From the NCBI GenBank assembly GCA_027622665.1, contig JAQBYT010000004.1, forward strand, positions 162,434 to 226,433: DNA of 64,000 bases, given 5' to 3'. How positions within the stretch are numbered: position 1 is the first letter of the stretch; every line of letters starts with the position of its first letter. Below the pieces are notes generated by a model. It saw only the letters and a list, made by a program, of their open reading frames with translations. It had not been told where the DNA came from and did not search any database. This DNA is from Verrucomicrobiota bacterium (lineage in GTDB: Bacteria > Verrucomicrobiota > Verrucomicrobiia > Opitutales > Seribacteraceae). Shown here piece by piece: positions 17,354 through 27,702 of this stretch. The position numbers were made by a program, and so were the translations under genes.

Positions 17354-19160
17354 GGACGTTCCCAAACGGCCGGCAGTTTCTTCGATGCCGGTCCGAAGGT
17401 TTGGGAGACGACGAAACCGCTTGCTTGCGAGGTGTAGAATATGCGTCCGTTGGAGACCACCGCACCGAGGCACTCGCGTGAGTCGATGGCGGGACCGGTG
17501 GAGACGAGTTTCCCATCCTTGGAGAGGTCGATCATGTCCATGTTTGCCCCGAGGACATATGGTTCCGACATGGTGAAACGGCAGCAGGCGTAGTTGTGGC
17601 CTATGCTGCCAATCACCTTGCCGGTTTTGCGATCAAACAAATTGCCCTTACCGCGCAGGGCGTTGGAGAAGATGAATCGATCCCCTACGGTGACGACGTT
17701 TAGGGCCGAGGTCACGGGGTCGGACTTCCAGACGAGCGAACCGTCCTTGCCGTCCAGGCACCATACGAAACGTTCGTTCGTGCCCTCCTTGGCCCGATTG
17801 TAGCCGCCAATGTATATACGACCATCGCGGGCGCTGAGGGTGCATTTCGCTGTCACGTAATAATCTGTAGTGAGCCACACGACCTTGCCCGTCTTGGGTT
17901 CGATGCAGGCGGTCAAGCCGTTGTTTTCAACGGGCAGTCCACGCCGGACCTTCTGGCTGGTGGCGTAGCCGAAGAAGACCGAGTAGTAGAGTTTGCCGTC
18001 GAGGATGCTTATGCCGCAGTCATTGCCGCCGCGACCGTATTTTGTGAAATCCTTTTCCCAGAGCAGTTTGCCCGTTTTTAGGTTCCATGCCCAGATTCTC
18101 GGTCGATGATTCTTTGGGTAGTAGGGGTTGGTGTTCGAGGAGATCCAGCTCATTACCTCACGCCCGCTCGCCTTAACTGGTTCGCCGCCGAAGGTGAAAT
18201 ATTTCTCCGTGCCTTGGTAGGCATACTCGCCTGAACCGGAAGCATAGATAGCGATGTTGTCGTGAACGACAGGCGGAAACTGTCGACTCCAGCCCGGCGA
18301 ACCGGTGAAAGGCTGTTCCCAGAGCAATTTTCCGGTAGACGCATCCAGGCAACGTATGAGGGAGCGTTTGATACCGCCTTGCGGTATGAGCAATTTTCCG
18401 TCCACGTAAAGCGGTGAGGTGAAGGACAGATAGACGTCAGGCCAATGCCGTCGCCAAAGCAGGCGCCCGGTATCCTGCTCCACCGCGATGATTTGTCCTT
18501 CGGCGGTATGCGTGTAGAGGCGCCCGCCACCACAAACCGGCAGGTGCTTCACGGTGCCCTCGAGGCGGCGAGCCCAGCGCATGCGCAGAGGAGGTTCCAA
18601 GCCTTGGTCATTCGCGTTGGAGCCGGCGAAGTCACCGTAGTTAGTGTACCAGTTGTACTTGTCGTCGGCGAGGGGACCTTTTAGCGGACTGCGAATTTTC
18701 CAGATCTGCAGATCCTTCTTCGGCAGCGGCATCTTGCCGTTGGGTTCGATGACATAGAGGTAGCCATCCTCACAGCCTGCGTAAATTCGTCCGTTCGCCA
18801 CTGCCACGGGGGCTGTGATAGGCGAACCGAACGCAGTCTCGATCACGGTTGTTTTACCACCTTTCAGAGGCACTATGCGCAACTTGCCGTCGAGGCCTCC
18901 GTAAACGGCATGATCACGGGTTAGCGCCGGTGGGCAGATCGACCCCTCTGCGGACAGGGTTTCTGGCTTTTCCTTTCCCTCGCGGTGTCTGCACAGTCCC
19001 CGTCCGTGCTCGGGTCGCACGCGATATACGTCCTTCCCGCGTATGCTCATTGGGGCAAAGCTTAGCAGGCCGGGTATGCGGATGGTTGTCTCGGTGCTCT
19101 TGATGAAACCCATTTCCAATTTGTCGCCCGCTAATTTCATTTTCTCGACCCGCCCTCAAC
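17350..19160 (-). pseudogene. C-terminal part of a large PQQ-like beta-propeller protein (no signal peptide of its own)
   Basis: Many PQQ-type repeats (DASTGKLLWE, NLKTGKLLWE, DGKDGSLVW). Starts abruptly at GRVEKMKL. The likely N-terminus is at 19822-20026. Confidence 0.65.
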
Positions 19161-19161
19161 G

Positions 19162-19407
19162 TCATTGCTTGTCAGCCAGTTTTTCGCCACGCGATTTCAA
19201 CACACTACGGACAAGGGTCACGCACCCTCCGATCGTGAATAGAACGCCGATGGCTGAAAGGAGGAGCATTCTAACAGCAAGCGTCTCTGCAAGTGAAGCT
19301 GGAGACGCGGCTTCCGGGGCCGGTGTTGTCCAAGCAAACTCGCCGGAAAATACGAATGCGAAGCATGTGATGCCGACGACGATCAGGGCTATGCCAATCA
19401 TTTTCAT
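19162..19407 (-). CDS. Small two-TM membrane protein
   Basis: 81 aa with two hydrophobic helices; lies inside the segment interrupting the beta-propeller gene. Confidence 0.5.
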   Translation of the reverse strand: MKMIGIALIVVGITCFAFVFSGEFAWTTPAPEAASPASLAETLAVRMLLLSAIGVLFTIGGCVTLVRSVLKSRGEKLADKQ

Positions 19408-19821
19408 TGTGGTGGAATGCTAATGCTAGGAATTTGCTTTTTCATCCAAGGCGGAGAATACACTGGGGAGCCGGTCTGGGAAGGGGAAAAGGGGGTTGCG
19501 GGGGAAAAGGGGAGATTTTTTGGTAAAAACTGAAACGCTAAAAATCTAAAAAGCTGAAATTAGAGGGTGAATACGCTTATTTTCAATCATTTGGTCACGG
19601 TTTGCAGACTTAAAGGCACAGCTCCCCCGCCCTGCTGCGGCTTTCGGCTTGCTGCGGGGTCTATTTTTTAGCGTCCTGCTTGTCAGTTTTAATCGAAAAC
19701 CAAGATGCGGCCGTCTTCCAAATGGATTTCCTTGTGCTTCCATGTTGGCCTCTGATCGTAGCCATCAGGGTCGGGATTCGATGGGTTCCTCGAACGATTA
19801 AACCAATCGAGATCGGGTTCA

Positions 19822-20026
19822 TCGTCGGGAACGCCACCGCCAAGCCCAGCGATCCTGTCAATGTCTCGGTTGGCGCATTGCCCGACCGTTTTGCGTCTCC
19901 TTGCAATTGGCTCCACTCGGCCGCATCCAAGATAATCCCGTGGACCGCCATGCCACTGATCCAAAGGCTCGATGTGAGCAAGACGGAAAGCCACGGGGAT
20001 ATTCTGTTGAACGGTGAGCTGTTCAT
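19822..20026 (-). pseudogene. N-terminal fragment of the PQQ-like beta-propeller gene
   Basis: Signal peptide followed by EWSQLQGDAKRSGNAP, the typical first motif of these proteins; similarity then stops. Confidence 0.6.
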
Positions 20027-20139
20027 AATTCGCAGGGTGAAGGGTTCAAGGGATTGTTTTATTTGTTCTGAGACTTTTCTCATATTTGTGTTCTTTATTT
20101 GTAAATCTAATTCTCTGGCAGTTGTTCGGTGAGGCCCCC

Positions 20140-21486
20140 TTACTTGCCCCTCCCTCCATTCTTGAAGCAGTAGACATGGGCGTCCGTGCGAATGATCAAC
20201 TTGTTTCCGGATATGGCGGGAGTTGCCATGCACATGTCCTCCTCGAGGAGTTTGTTTGTATGAAGGAGTTTATATTTGCGACCCGCTTGTAGAACATAAG
20301 TTTCTCCGAATTCGTTGAGGTAAAAGATTTTTCCATTGTAAGCCCAAGGGGAGCTGGTGAAGGCCCGACCTTCGGGTAGGCGGACGGGACCGTAGACCTG
20401 TTTGCCGGTCTTTGCCTCATAGCAGGCTACTATTCCGCGGTCAAGTAGTACGTAGAGGAGGTCGCCGTAAACTATGGTAGATGGATTGTAGGGGCCTGCT
20501 CGGGGTTGACGCCAGGCGACGTACTCGCTGCTGTCTTGGTCTGAGCGCAGGGAGATATCACCAGTGGCCCCTGGGCGAATGGCGAAGATCGGCTTCTTGC
20601 GGTCTCCCACGTATCCGGAGGTGACGTAGAGGAGACCGAACTTGGCGTACGGAGTAGCGATGGTGATGGATGAATTTCCCCCGAATTGGTAGAGTAGTTT
20701 ACCATTCAAGTCATAGGATCGCACTTTCTGGGTTCCCGAGGTGATAATCTCGGTTCGCAGTTCGTTTTCCCATAGGTAAGGCGTTGCCCAATTACTCTTT
20801 TCATCGCGTTTCGTTCGCCACAGTTCCTTGCCGGTCTTGGCGTCGAGAGCCACGAGGTAGGACTGTTCCTCGTTGTCGTTAACCACATACAGTTTGCCCT
20901 CGTGGAGGATGGGTGATGCGGCCAATCCCCAACCATATCGCGTCTTGTGAGCCGGCCATCGCTTGCTCCAGAGCAACTCACCCTCGACGGAGTAGCAGTA
21001 CAGGCCATGATTACCGAAGTAGGCGTAGATTCGCTCCCCATCGGTGATGGGGGTCTCGGTGGCATAACTATTCTTGATGTGAATGCTGCCTTGCGGTTTC
21101 CCGGTGCGGGTCAATTTCTCCCACAACACTTCGCCGGAATTGAGATCCAAGCAGAGCACCTTCCAACGATGGATGTTCTTTGTGGCGGCCCGATTGCCAC
21201 CGAAATAGAGCCCTTTTTTAGGTTCCTCGGTTTTTCCCTCGTTGATGGCCGTGGTGAGGAACAGGCGGTTGCCCCACACCACGGGAGAGGACCAACCGCG
21301 CCCGGCGATTTCCCGTTTCCATAGAACGTTCTCCGTCGGATCCCATTTGTCGGGCAGATCTGGATTATCCGATACACCGAGGGCCTTGGGTCCACGAAAC
21401 TGAGGCCAGTTGTTTTCGTCCACCGCCGAATGGAGCAAAGGACCTAGCGTAAGGATGGTCAACCCGAGGATCAGTTGTCTATGCAT
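20140..21486 (-). CDS. PQQ-binding-like beta-propeller protein
   Basis: NWPQFRGP, GWSSPVVWG, ALDAKTGKELW. Confidence 0.9.
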   Translation of the reverse strand: MHRQLILGLTILTLGPLLHSAVDENNWPQFRGPKALGVSDNPDLPDKWDPTENVLWKREIAGRGWSSPVVWGNRLFLTTAINEGKTEEPKKGLYFGGNRAATKNIHRWKVLCLDLNSGEVLWEKLTRTGKPQGSIHIKNSYATETPITDGERIYAYFGNHGLYCYSVEGELLWSKRWPAHKTRYGWGLAASPILHEGKLYVVNDNEEQSYLVALDAKTGKELWRTKRDEKSNWATPYLWENELRTEIITSGTQKVRSYDLNGKLLYQFGGNSSITIATPYAKFGLLYVTSGYVGDRKKPIFAIRPGATGDISLRSDQDSSEYVAWRQPRAGPYNPSTIVYGDLLYVLLDRGIVACYEAKTGKQVYGPVRLPEGRAFTSSPWAYNGKIFYLNEFGETYVLQAGRKYKLLHTNKLLEEDMCMATPAISGNKLIIRTDAHVYCFKNGGRGK

Positions 21487-21551
21487 GGCTCAAGACTCCT
21501 TGCGTATTCAATTGTGGATCGAGTCCGTGGGGATCCATTTATCTTGAACGA

Positions 21552-22622
21552 TCATTTGTTTTTTAGGGGAGAAAAGCCCAAACTAAGGACAGGACTCGCC
21601 GAATTGCCAGCCTGAAGGTCAAAGTCGAAGAGACGGGCGGGAGTGTTGCCTGCAAGATCCTCCAGTTCGTGATCAACCCGCAAGACATGACGGGATGGGC
21701 GCCATGGTTCCTTGGGCGTGAAAGACCAACTTGTTTCGCTGGGGCCTATTAGAAGCTCACCTGCAACTGGTTTGGCTTGGTCGTCGAGGATCGTCAGCAT
21801 CCGGTGGAGCAGGGAGTGATCCAAGGATTCGGGGAAGCGAATGCGTAGTGGTTCAAGCGTGCCGGCTCCGGGATTGCTGATTCGCCATTTTGATGGCAGG
21901 GGACGTTCGCGGTCCGGGTTGCTGGTGACGAACTCCTTTCGGTACGAGTGATCCAACGGTTGACCTTCGGCGTTTCGTACTTTCCGCGAGACCAGCAGGA
22001 CATAACGATGATTTGGGTGCAACACGGGCCCTTCGTCCTCGCGGAGATTCACCTCCTGCTTGATGCGACCCGGGTGGATCCAAAGGGTAAGGCGGGTGGC
22101 GTCGTGGGACCATAGCTCGACGCGGCGCCACGGGTGAGGAATCGGCTCGTTACCGTTGTCCATGTCGAGGATTTGTATTTGATCGAAGATGGCTTTTCCT
22201 TCCCGCATGGGCTTGGAGAAATGAAGATAGAATTTTAGGTTGTTGGCAGGAAGAGTGGAGGCGCTGGGATAGACTTGCTTCACGACTGCAGGTTCACTTC
22301 CGAGAAGATTGGGCACGCTGTAGGTGGCGGTGTCCCGTGAGCCGTTCGGGCCTATCAGCGTGGCTCGATAACGGAGACCTCGACCCAAGCCGTACTTCGG
22401 GATGAACGCCATGCGTTCACCCCGTTGCCGAACGTTCCCGAGAATGGAGGGACCCTCACGTCCTTCCTCGTCGAGCAAGACCAAGCTGAGCCGACCTTTC
22501 TTGCCCTGCGCCACCACTTCGACCTGGGTAGGATCATCTGCCAGCGGACGGATTTCGAGGCTTGGCGGAGGCTGTTTCGCCGCCAACGAGGCGGCGGTCA
22601 GCAACAAGGCGAGGCGCAGCAC
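21552..22622 (-). CDS. Hypothetical secreted protein with Ig-like (Big-type) segments
   Basis: Signal peptide, VYPSASTLPANNLKFYLHFSKPM, LEDLAGN. Confidence 0.7.
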   Translation of the reverse strand: MLRLALLLTAASLAAKQPPPSLEIRPLADDPTQVEVVAQGKKGRLSLVLLDEEGREGPSILGNVRQRGERMAFIPKYGLGRGLRYRATLIGPNGSRDTATYSVPNLLGSEPAVVKQVYPSASTLPANNLKFYLHFSKPMREGKAIFDQIQILDMDNGNEPIPHPWRRVELWSHDATRLTLWIHPGRIKQEVNLREDEGPVLHPNHRYVLLVSRKVRNAEGQPLDHSYRKEFVTSNPDRERPLPSKWRISNPGAGTLEPLRIRFPESLDHSLLHRMLTILDDQAKPVAGELLIGPSETSWSFTPKEPWRPSRHVLRVDHELEDLAGNTPARLFDFDLQAGNSASPVLSLGFSPLKNK

Positions 22623-22641
22623 GAAATTGACCTTTTAAGGG

Positions 22642-23763
22642 TCAGGGCAGGGCGAGAGCCGTCAGCGTCAGGCCGTTCTTTTCCTCCTTGAGGACGAGGG
22701 CATGGTCGACGCCCAGTTTGTCCATTTGCCGTACACCATGGAAGGCTTCGACCATTTGTACACGGTCGGTCGCGGGATCGTCGCCCTTGAGGCGGAGAAG
22801 CGCCTTCTCGTTGACCTTTTCTTTCTCGGCCAGGATGCCTTGCTCGAACTTGACCGTCCAATAGGGGCTGGGTCCAAAGGCCTTTCGCTTGTGGTGAAAG
22901 CGAAAAGTATTGGTCAGAACATAAGGCTTTCCGTTTTTCTCGTAGATGAACATGTCCAGCGGTCGATTACCGGATCCTAGTTCCAACACACTGGAGCCTT
23001 TTACCATGGCGTCGGCTTTCAGAGCGTCTAGGGGATATTTGACCACGGGGGTGCAACTGAATGCCCCGATCACGTATTGGCGGTCGTTTTCACGGTAGGG
23101 GACGAGCACGCTCATGGGAGCTTTCGTTTCCCATCGTCGATGTTGGACGTGATAAGTTTCGGCACTGTAGACATTTCCTTTGGCGTCATGGGCCAAAGGG
23201 GTTTCGATGGCGAATATCTTGGAGGCGAACTGGTCGGCGCTGCGACCGGCCGCGATCAGTTGAGTGTCGGCCCAAGCCACGTCGGTTACTCGGCTGATGC
23301 TGTTCTTTCCACCAGCCAAGCTGATGCGGGCGAATTCCACTTTGTCCAAGGAGAACTCTGAGATCTTTCCTTTGCCGTCGACGGTCAGGATTAGGTGGCT
23401 CTTGTCGTCTTGCTTGCGGATGGCGAAGTAGGCTTTGCCCGATGCGGGGTTCACCGCGAGGTCGAGGATCTCTATGCCGTCGGCTTTGGCTCCGATTACG
23501 CCTGCAAGTTTCGCGTCTATGGACGGGATGGCCTTCGTTAATGATTTGGCGGGCGCAAGGTCGCCCGTCCGAACGGCCACGATTTGGGCACCTTGTCCAT
23601 CGCCGATCAGGAGCACCCCTTGGGGAGCGAAACTGATCACGTCGATGGCTTTGAGGTTCGGGTTCCCTTGGGTCGTTTTGCTAAGGACTTGCGGCGGCTT
23701 GGCGAAAGTGTATGCGGCAGAAAGAGCCAACAGGAAGAGGGCATGGAGGAGCGTTCGTTTCAT
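22642..23763 (-). CDS. Conserved hypothetical secreted protein
   Basis: Signal peptide, 373-aa ORF, ETYHVQHRRWETKAP and ELGSGNRPLDM motifs; 19 bp upstream of the previous gene. Confidence 0.75.
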   Translation of the reverse strand: MKRTLLHALFLLALSAAYTFAKPPQVLSKTTQGNPNLKAIDVISFAPQGVLLIGDGQGAQIVAVRTGDLAPAKSLTKAIPSIDAKLAGVIGAKADGIEILDLAVNPASGKAYFAIRKQDDKSHLILTVDGKGKISEFSLDKVEFARISLAGGKNSISRVTDVAWADTQLIAAGRSADQFASKIFAIETPLAHDAKGNVYSAETYHVQHRRWETKAPMSVLVPYRENDRQYVIGAFSCTPVVKYPLDALKADAMVKGSSVLELGSGNRPLDMFIYEKNGKPYVLTNTFRFHHKRKAFGPSPYWTVKFEQGILAEKEKVNEKALLRLKGDDPATDRVQMVEAFHGVRQMDKLGVDHALVLKEEKNGLTLTALALP

Positions 23764-23819
23764 AATGGATGCGGACGGAGTCGGTTGGGGGTGAGGCTAA
23801 AAGGATAGTTTGCCCGAAG

Positions 23820-23935
23820 TCATGCCAAGATTTTACGGACGATGCGTCCATGCACTTCGGTGATACGATAGTCGCGCCCTTGGTGACGATAGGTGAGGTG
23901 TTTGTGGTTGAGACCGAGAAGATCGGAGTATGGAT
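23820..23935 (-). pseudogene. C-terminal remnant of a DUF1501 gene
   Basis: Minus frame reads [33 protein letters not shown], resembling the C-terminus of the DUF1501 at 31392 (ILHQIGLNPHRFSFPYQGLDNRL...VIKGILS). Confidence 0.65.
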
Positions 23936-23987
23936 AAGGACAACTGGGGTAAGGGTTTTCACGGTTGCGTACTTGCTTCCGTGAAGC

Positions 23988-25445
23988 TTAGACGGCCAAT
24001 TCCGGAATCGGGTGAGCGTCCTCCACTCGCTTTACGATTTCAGTTGGGATGCCCTGAGCGATGCGCAGTTTACCGAAATCGAAGAGGGTGTGGAGGATGG
24101 TGCCCATCATCATGTTGGGACTAATGGGATTGTCGTCGGGTTCGCCGTTCCGCCGGTCGGCCTTGCCGATGACTTGCCCCATGGGCAGACCGCCTCCCGC
24201 AAATGCAAGGGTGCCCAACTTCGCCCAGTGGTCGCGTCCACCTTTCTTGTTGATGGTGGGAGTGCGTCCAAAGTCGCCCGTCAGGACAAGAAGAACCTTG
24301 TCGGACAAGCCGCGGTCTTCGAGGTCTTGGAGAAAAGCGGAAATCGCCTTGTCAACGGTCCAGCCCAACATGTTCATGCCTTTTACCATACCGGGATTGT
24401 TGCCGTCGGCATGCATGTCCCAGCCAGCGCTGTGAACGGTCACGAAACCGGCCCCTGACTCCACCATGCGTCGAGCCAACAACATTTGGTGACCGAGGGT
24501 GGATTTGCGAAATATCTTGTGCCCGATCTTCATGTCGGAGGTGTCGTAGGCCTCCAGAACCTTGGGGTTTTCTTTGGTGAGATCGAAGGTTTCGGATGCG
24601 GAACCAAGGATTAGCTCGAGGGCCCGTTGCTCGTATTCGTCGGTGGCCGCCAATGCTCCGGATGCATCTGCTTCGCGGCGTAAACTATCGATCGATGACA
24701 GGAGAGCTTTCCTGTTTTCCAGTCTTTCGCGCGATAGGTTTAGTTGCATGTCGGCTGCCACGGAGCCTTTGCCCGGCGAGGAGGATTTGTTCGTATTCTT
24801 GCCGTTGCCGGACACCTCGTCTTGACGGATGAAGGGAGCGTAAGAAGAGCCGAGGTCCCCCGGCCATGATCCTTTCACGACACGCCCCAGTTCCTTCCGA
24901 TATTGGCCGTCCTTCTCCGGATGTGTGAGAAGAGCATAGGAGGGGAATCCGGTCTTTGGGTGGTTGGCTCCGCGAATGCGGGCGTAAAGCGAACCGATGC
25001 TGCGTCCCTCCATCGCTTGACCCTTGGGGTCGGTTCCACCCGATAAAACATGGACATGAGCTTGTTCGTGTCCGCCGATCGGATGAGTGAAGGATCGTAC
25101 GATGGCCATTTTGTGGGCCCACTTGGCGAGAGATGGGAAAGTGCCCCCGAAGGTGACGCCTGATAGGGAGGTCTTTACTTCCCCCGTCATGCTGTTGTAG
25201 GGCGAAGGTGCTTCCATGTTCGGGTTGAAGGTCTCGATGTGACTGGCCCCACCGGACAAATATAGCATAACCACCGCCTTGTCTCGTACGTGGTCCGCTT
25301 TAGCTCGAGTGGCGTATGCCTTGCTTGCGAGCAAGTCCGGCAGTGACATTGCACCGAGCCCAAGACTTCCTACGCGAAGGAAGTCGCGTCTTGAAGTGCC
25401 TTCGCAGTCACGATTTCCAAACTGAGAAGTATTGACAGTCAGCAT
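23988..25445 (-). CDS. DUF1501 domain protein
   Basis: SRRDFL, LSGGASHIETF, GWDMH, GDFGRTP, GRDHW. Confidence 0.9.
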   Translation of the reverse strand: MLTVNTSQFGNRDCEGTSRRDFLRVGSLGLGAMSLPDLLASKAYATRAKADHVRDKAVVMLYLSGGASHIETFNPNMEAPSPYNSMTGEVKTSLSGVTFGGTFPSLAKWAHKMAIVRSFTHPIGGHEQAHVHVLSGGTDPKGQAMEGRSIGSLYARIRGANHPKTGFPSYALLTHPEKDGQYRKELGRVVKGSWPGDLGSSYAPFIRQDEVSGNGKNTNKSSSPGKGSVAADMQLNLSRERLENRKALLSSIDSLRREADASGALAATDEYEQRALELILGSASETFDLTKENPKVLEAYDTSDMKIGHKIFRKSTLGHQMLLARRMVESGAGFVTVHSAGWDMHADGNNPGMVKGMNMLGWTVDKAISAFLQDLEDRGLSDKVLLVLTGDFGRTPTINKKGGRDHWAKLGTLAFAGGGLPMGQVIGKADRRNGEPDDNPISPNMMMGTILHTLFDFGKLRIAQGIPTEIVKRVEDAHPIPELAV

Positions 25446-25551
25446 CGTATTTATCTCTTCACGGTTTCCTCTATTGAAAATTACGCGCCGAGGCATTGCG
25501 GTGCGAGGCGAAAAGGAAGAAACCTCGCCCTTTTCTCAAGCGGGGATTCCT

Positions 25552-26775
25552 CTAGTTTTCCCCTTTGAGGCAATATAAAGTAGCTTGTGAGCGAGTGTAA
25601 ACTTTTCCATCGATAGGTGACAGTGTGGCTCGAAAAATTTCGTCTTTTGAAGCCCCCACATCGTTTCGTGATACGATTTCAAGTGCCTTCTGGTTTGGCC
25701 TAACTACATAGGCTACGCCGGCTTCGTTTTGAATATAGTAAAGCCCGTTGGAGATGAGAGGAGACCCCGAAAAGGCACCTTCCAGTCGATCGACCCAATG
25801 GGTCTTGCCCGTTTTCGCGTCATAGCAAGTAGTGACTCCTCCCATGGCCGTGACGAGTACGAAGTCGCCTATGACGGCAGGGGATGGCAGGTCTCGTCCT
25901 CCGCTCCGCTTTGCATGCCATGCCATGTTGGTTTTTGTGATGTCGCCGGAACCATTCGGGTCCACTACATAGAGATCGCCAGGCTTTCCGTTTACGACGT
26001 AGATCAGGCCCTTGGCATGAAAGGGGACGGGAGCACCTCGGCCATTAAAGGATTTGCAAAACCAGATTTCCTTGCCCTTGGCGGGGTCGTAACCCTTTGC
26101 CCCGAATTCACCGTTCAGGACGAGCTGAGGTGGGCCCTTTGTTTCAATGAATACGGGTGTACTCCAACCTCCGCGTGGTTTGTCTTCACGTTTTGTTTCC
26201 CAGATTATGTTCCCCGTTGCCTTGTCTAGGGAGACTAGGCGTGAGGGGCCAATGGCATCGCAATTTTGTATGACTTGATCGCCAAGGATTACCGGTGATG
26301 CGGCGACGCCCCAGTCCCCGGGGAATTGTCCCAAGTCCTTCGACCAAAGCTTTTCGCCCTCCATGTCGTAGCAGTGAATGCCTGCCGGACCGAAGAAGGC
26401 GACGACTCGAGTGCCGTCCGTTGCTGCGCTTGGGGTAGCCCAACTGTTCATCTTGTGCTGGGATTCCTTGCGGTCGCTTTCGACCTCTCGTCGCCAGATG
26501 GTCTTTCCCGAGTCTTTGTCGAGGCAAAGTAAGGTTCGCATGCCGCCCTCCTTTGAGGCGGTGGTAACGAATAGCTTCGCTCCCCAGTTAACGACGGAGG
26601 ATTGACCTTCTCCCGGGAGCGTCACCTTCCATGAAATGGAATTCTTGCTCCAGCGAGTGGGCACTACTCCCTCGGTCAAGCCCATTCCGGATGGACCTCT
26701 GAACTGATGCCAATTGTCGGCGACGACGGTAGCCGCAGTGAGCGACAGCAGAGAAAGTAAGGCTATGGTTTTCAT
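25552..26775 (-). CDS. PQQ-binding-like beta-propeller protein
   Basis: NWHQFRGP, SLDKATGNIIW. Confidence 0.9.
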   Translation of the reverse strand: MKTIALLSLLSLTAATVVADNWHQFRGPSGMGLTEGVVPTRWSKNSISWKVTLPGEGQSSVVNWGAKLFVTTASKEGGMRTLLCLDKDSGKTIWRREVESDRKESQHKMNSWATPSAATDGTRVVAFFGPAGIHCYDMEGEKLWSKDLGQFPGDWGVAASPVILGDQVIQNCDAIGPSRLVSLDKATGNIIWETKREDKPRGGWSTPVFIETKGPPQLVLNGEFGAKGYDPAKGKEIWFCKSFNGRGAPVPFHAKGLIYVVNGKPGDLYVVDPNGSGDITKTNMAWHAKRSGGRDLPSPAVIGDFVLVTAMGGVTTCYDAKTGKTHWVDRLEGAFSGSPLISNGLYYIQNEAGVAYVVRPNQKALEIVSRNDVGASKDEIFRATLSPIDGKVYTRSQATLYCLKGEN

Positions 26776-26817
26776 GACTTTTTGTCTCGTTTTCGATTTC
26801 GAATGTTTGGAGCGGGT

Positions 26818-27501
26818 TTACTTCAGTTCACGTACCTTCAGGTTACGGAACCAAATGGCGGCTCCGTGAGATTGCAGGCATACGTGACCCTTGTCCACGG
26901 TTGCGAATTCCTTCCACTTGGCGAATTTGCTTTTTGCCACGCGTGCATTCCAGTCGTCACTCCCTATTTGGTAGGAGCAAACTTTCTCTCCATTCATGTG
27001 GTGTTCCACGTGATTGCCGGGCTTGATGACGAGTCGCACCGAGTTCCATTGGCCATTGGGTTTGAGATTGGATACTTTCGGCGCGTACAAAGCGTAGCAG
27101 GAACCCGCGTCCGTTTTTCCGCCAACTTTCATACTCGAAAGAATCTGGATTTCGGGTCCCGTATGATAAGCGGGTCCCCCAGTTTCTGCGACTCTGTAGA
27201 TAATCCCGCTGTTTCCACCCTTGGGGAGGTTCCATTCCAGAGCCATCTCGAAAAACTGGTACTTGTCCTTGGTCATTAAGTCTCCGCCTTTGCCGGCAAA
27301 TTTTATTATGCCGTCATCAACCTTCCAACCCGGATCCGGCTTGTCCTTCTTGTAACCTCTGAAGTGATCTAGGCTCTTTCCGTCAAAAAGGGTTTTCCAA
27401 TCATCCTTTGTTGCGGAGCCAGAAGACTTTTCGGCTTTAGCGTTAACGGAAGGGGAGCAGAGTAAGGTTGCAATGGCTAGTGATGCTACTTGAAGTTTCA
27501 T
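26818..27501 (-). CDS. DUF1080 domain protein
   Basis: WKTLFDGKSL, GGNSGIIY, GPEIQIL, LQSHGAAIWFRNLKVREL. Start placed at MKLQV. Confidence 0.9.
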   Translation of the reverse strand: MKLQVASLAIATLLCSPSVNAKAEKSSGSATKDDWKTLFDGKSLDHFRGYKKDKPDPGWKVDDGIIKFAGKGGDLMTKDKYQFFEMALEWNLPKGGNSGIIYRVAETGGPAYHTGPEIQILSSMKVGGKTDAGSCYALYAPKVSNLKPNGQWNSVRLVIKPGNHVEHHMNGEKVCSYQIGSDDWNARVAKSKFAKWKEFATVDKGHVCLQSHGAAIWFRNLKVRELK

Positions 27502-27702
27502 TTTAATAGAGATGAAGTTTGTAATAGGGTCGGTTATTCTTTCATCGCGAACCAAAACCATCGCGAATGCAAGAAGAAGGTTGTCAGTCACGGTAAATTG
27601 GTAATCGAACTTCGTGGTAAATCGAGATCGTGAGGCTCGCCGACTTACTTCTTTTGCTGTACACGATCAAATTGCTTACCATGGGTTCCCTTTCGGGCAA
27701 AA

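Noticed and set aside
19480..19560. G-rich runs as a G-quadruplex or regulatory repeat
   Set aside because: Low-complexity sequence inside a rearranged segment with no independent support.
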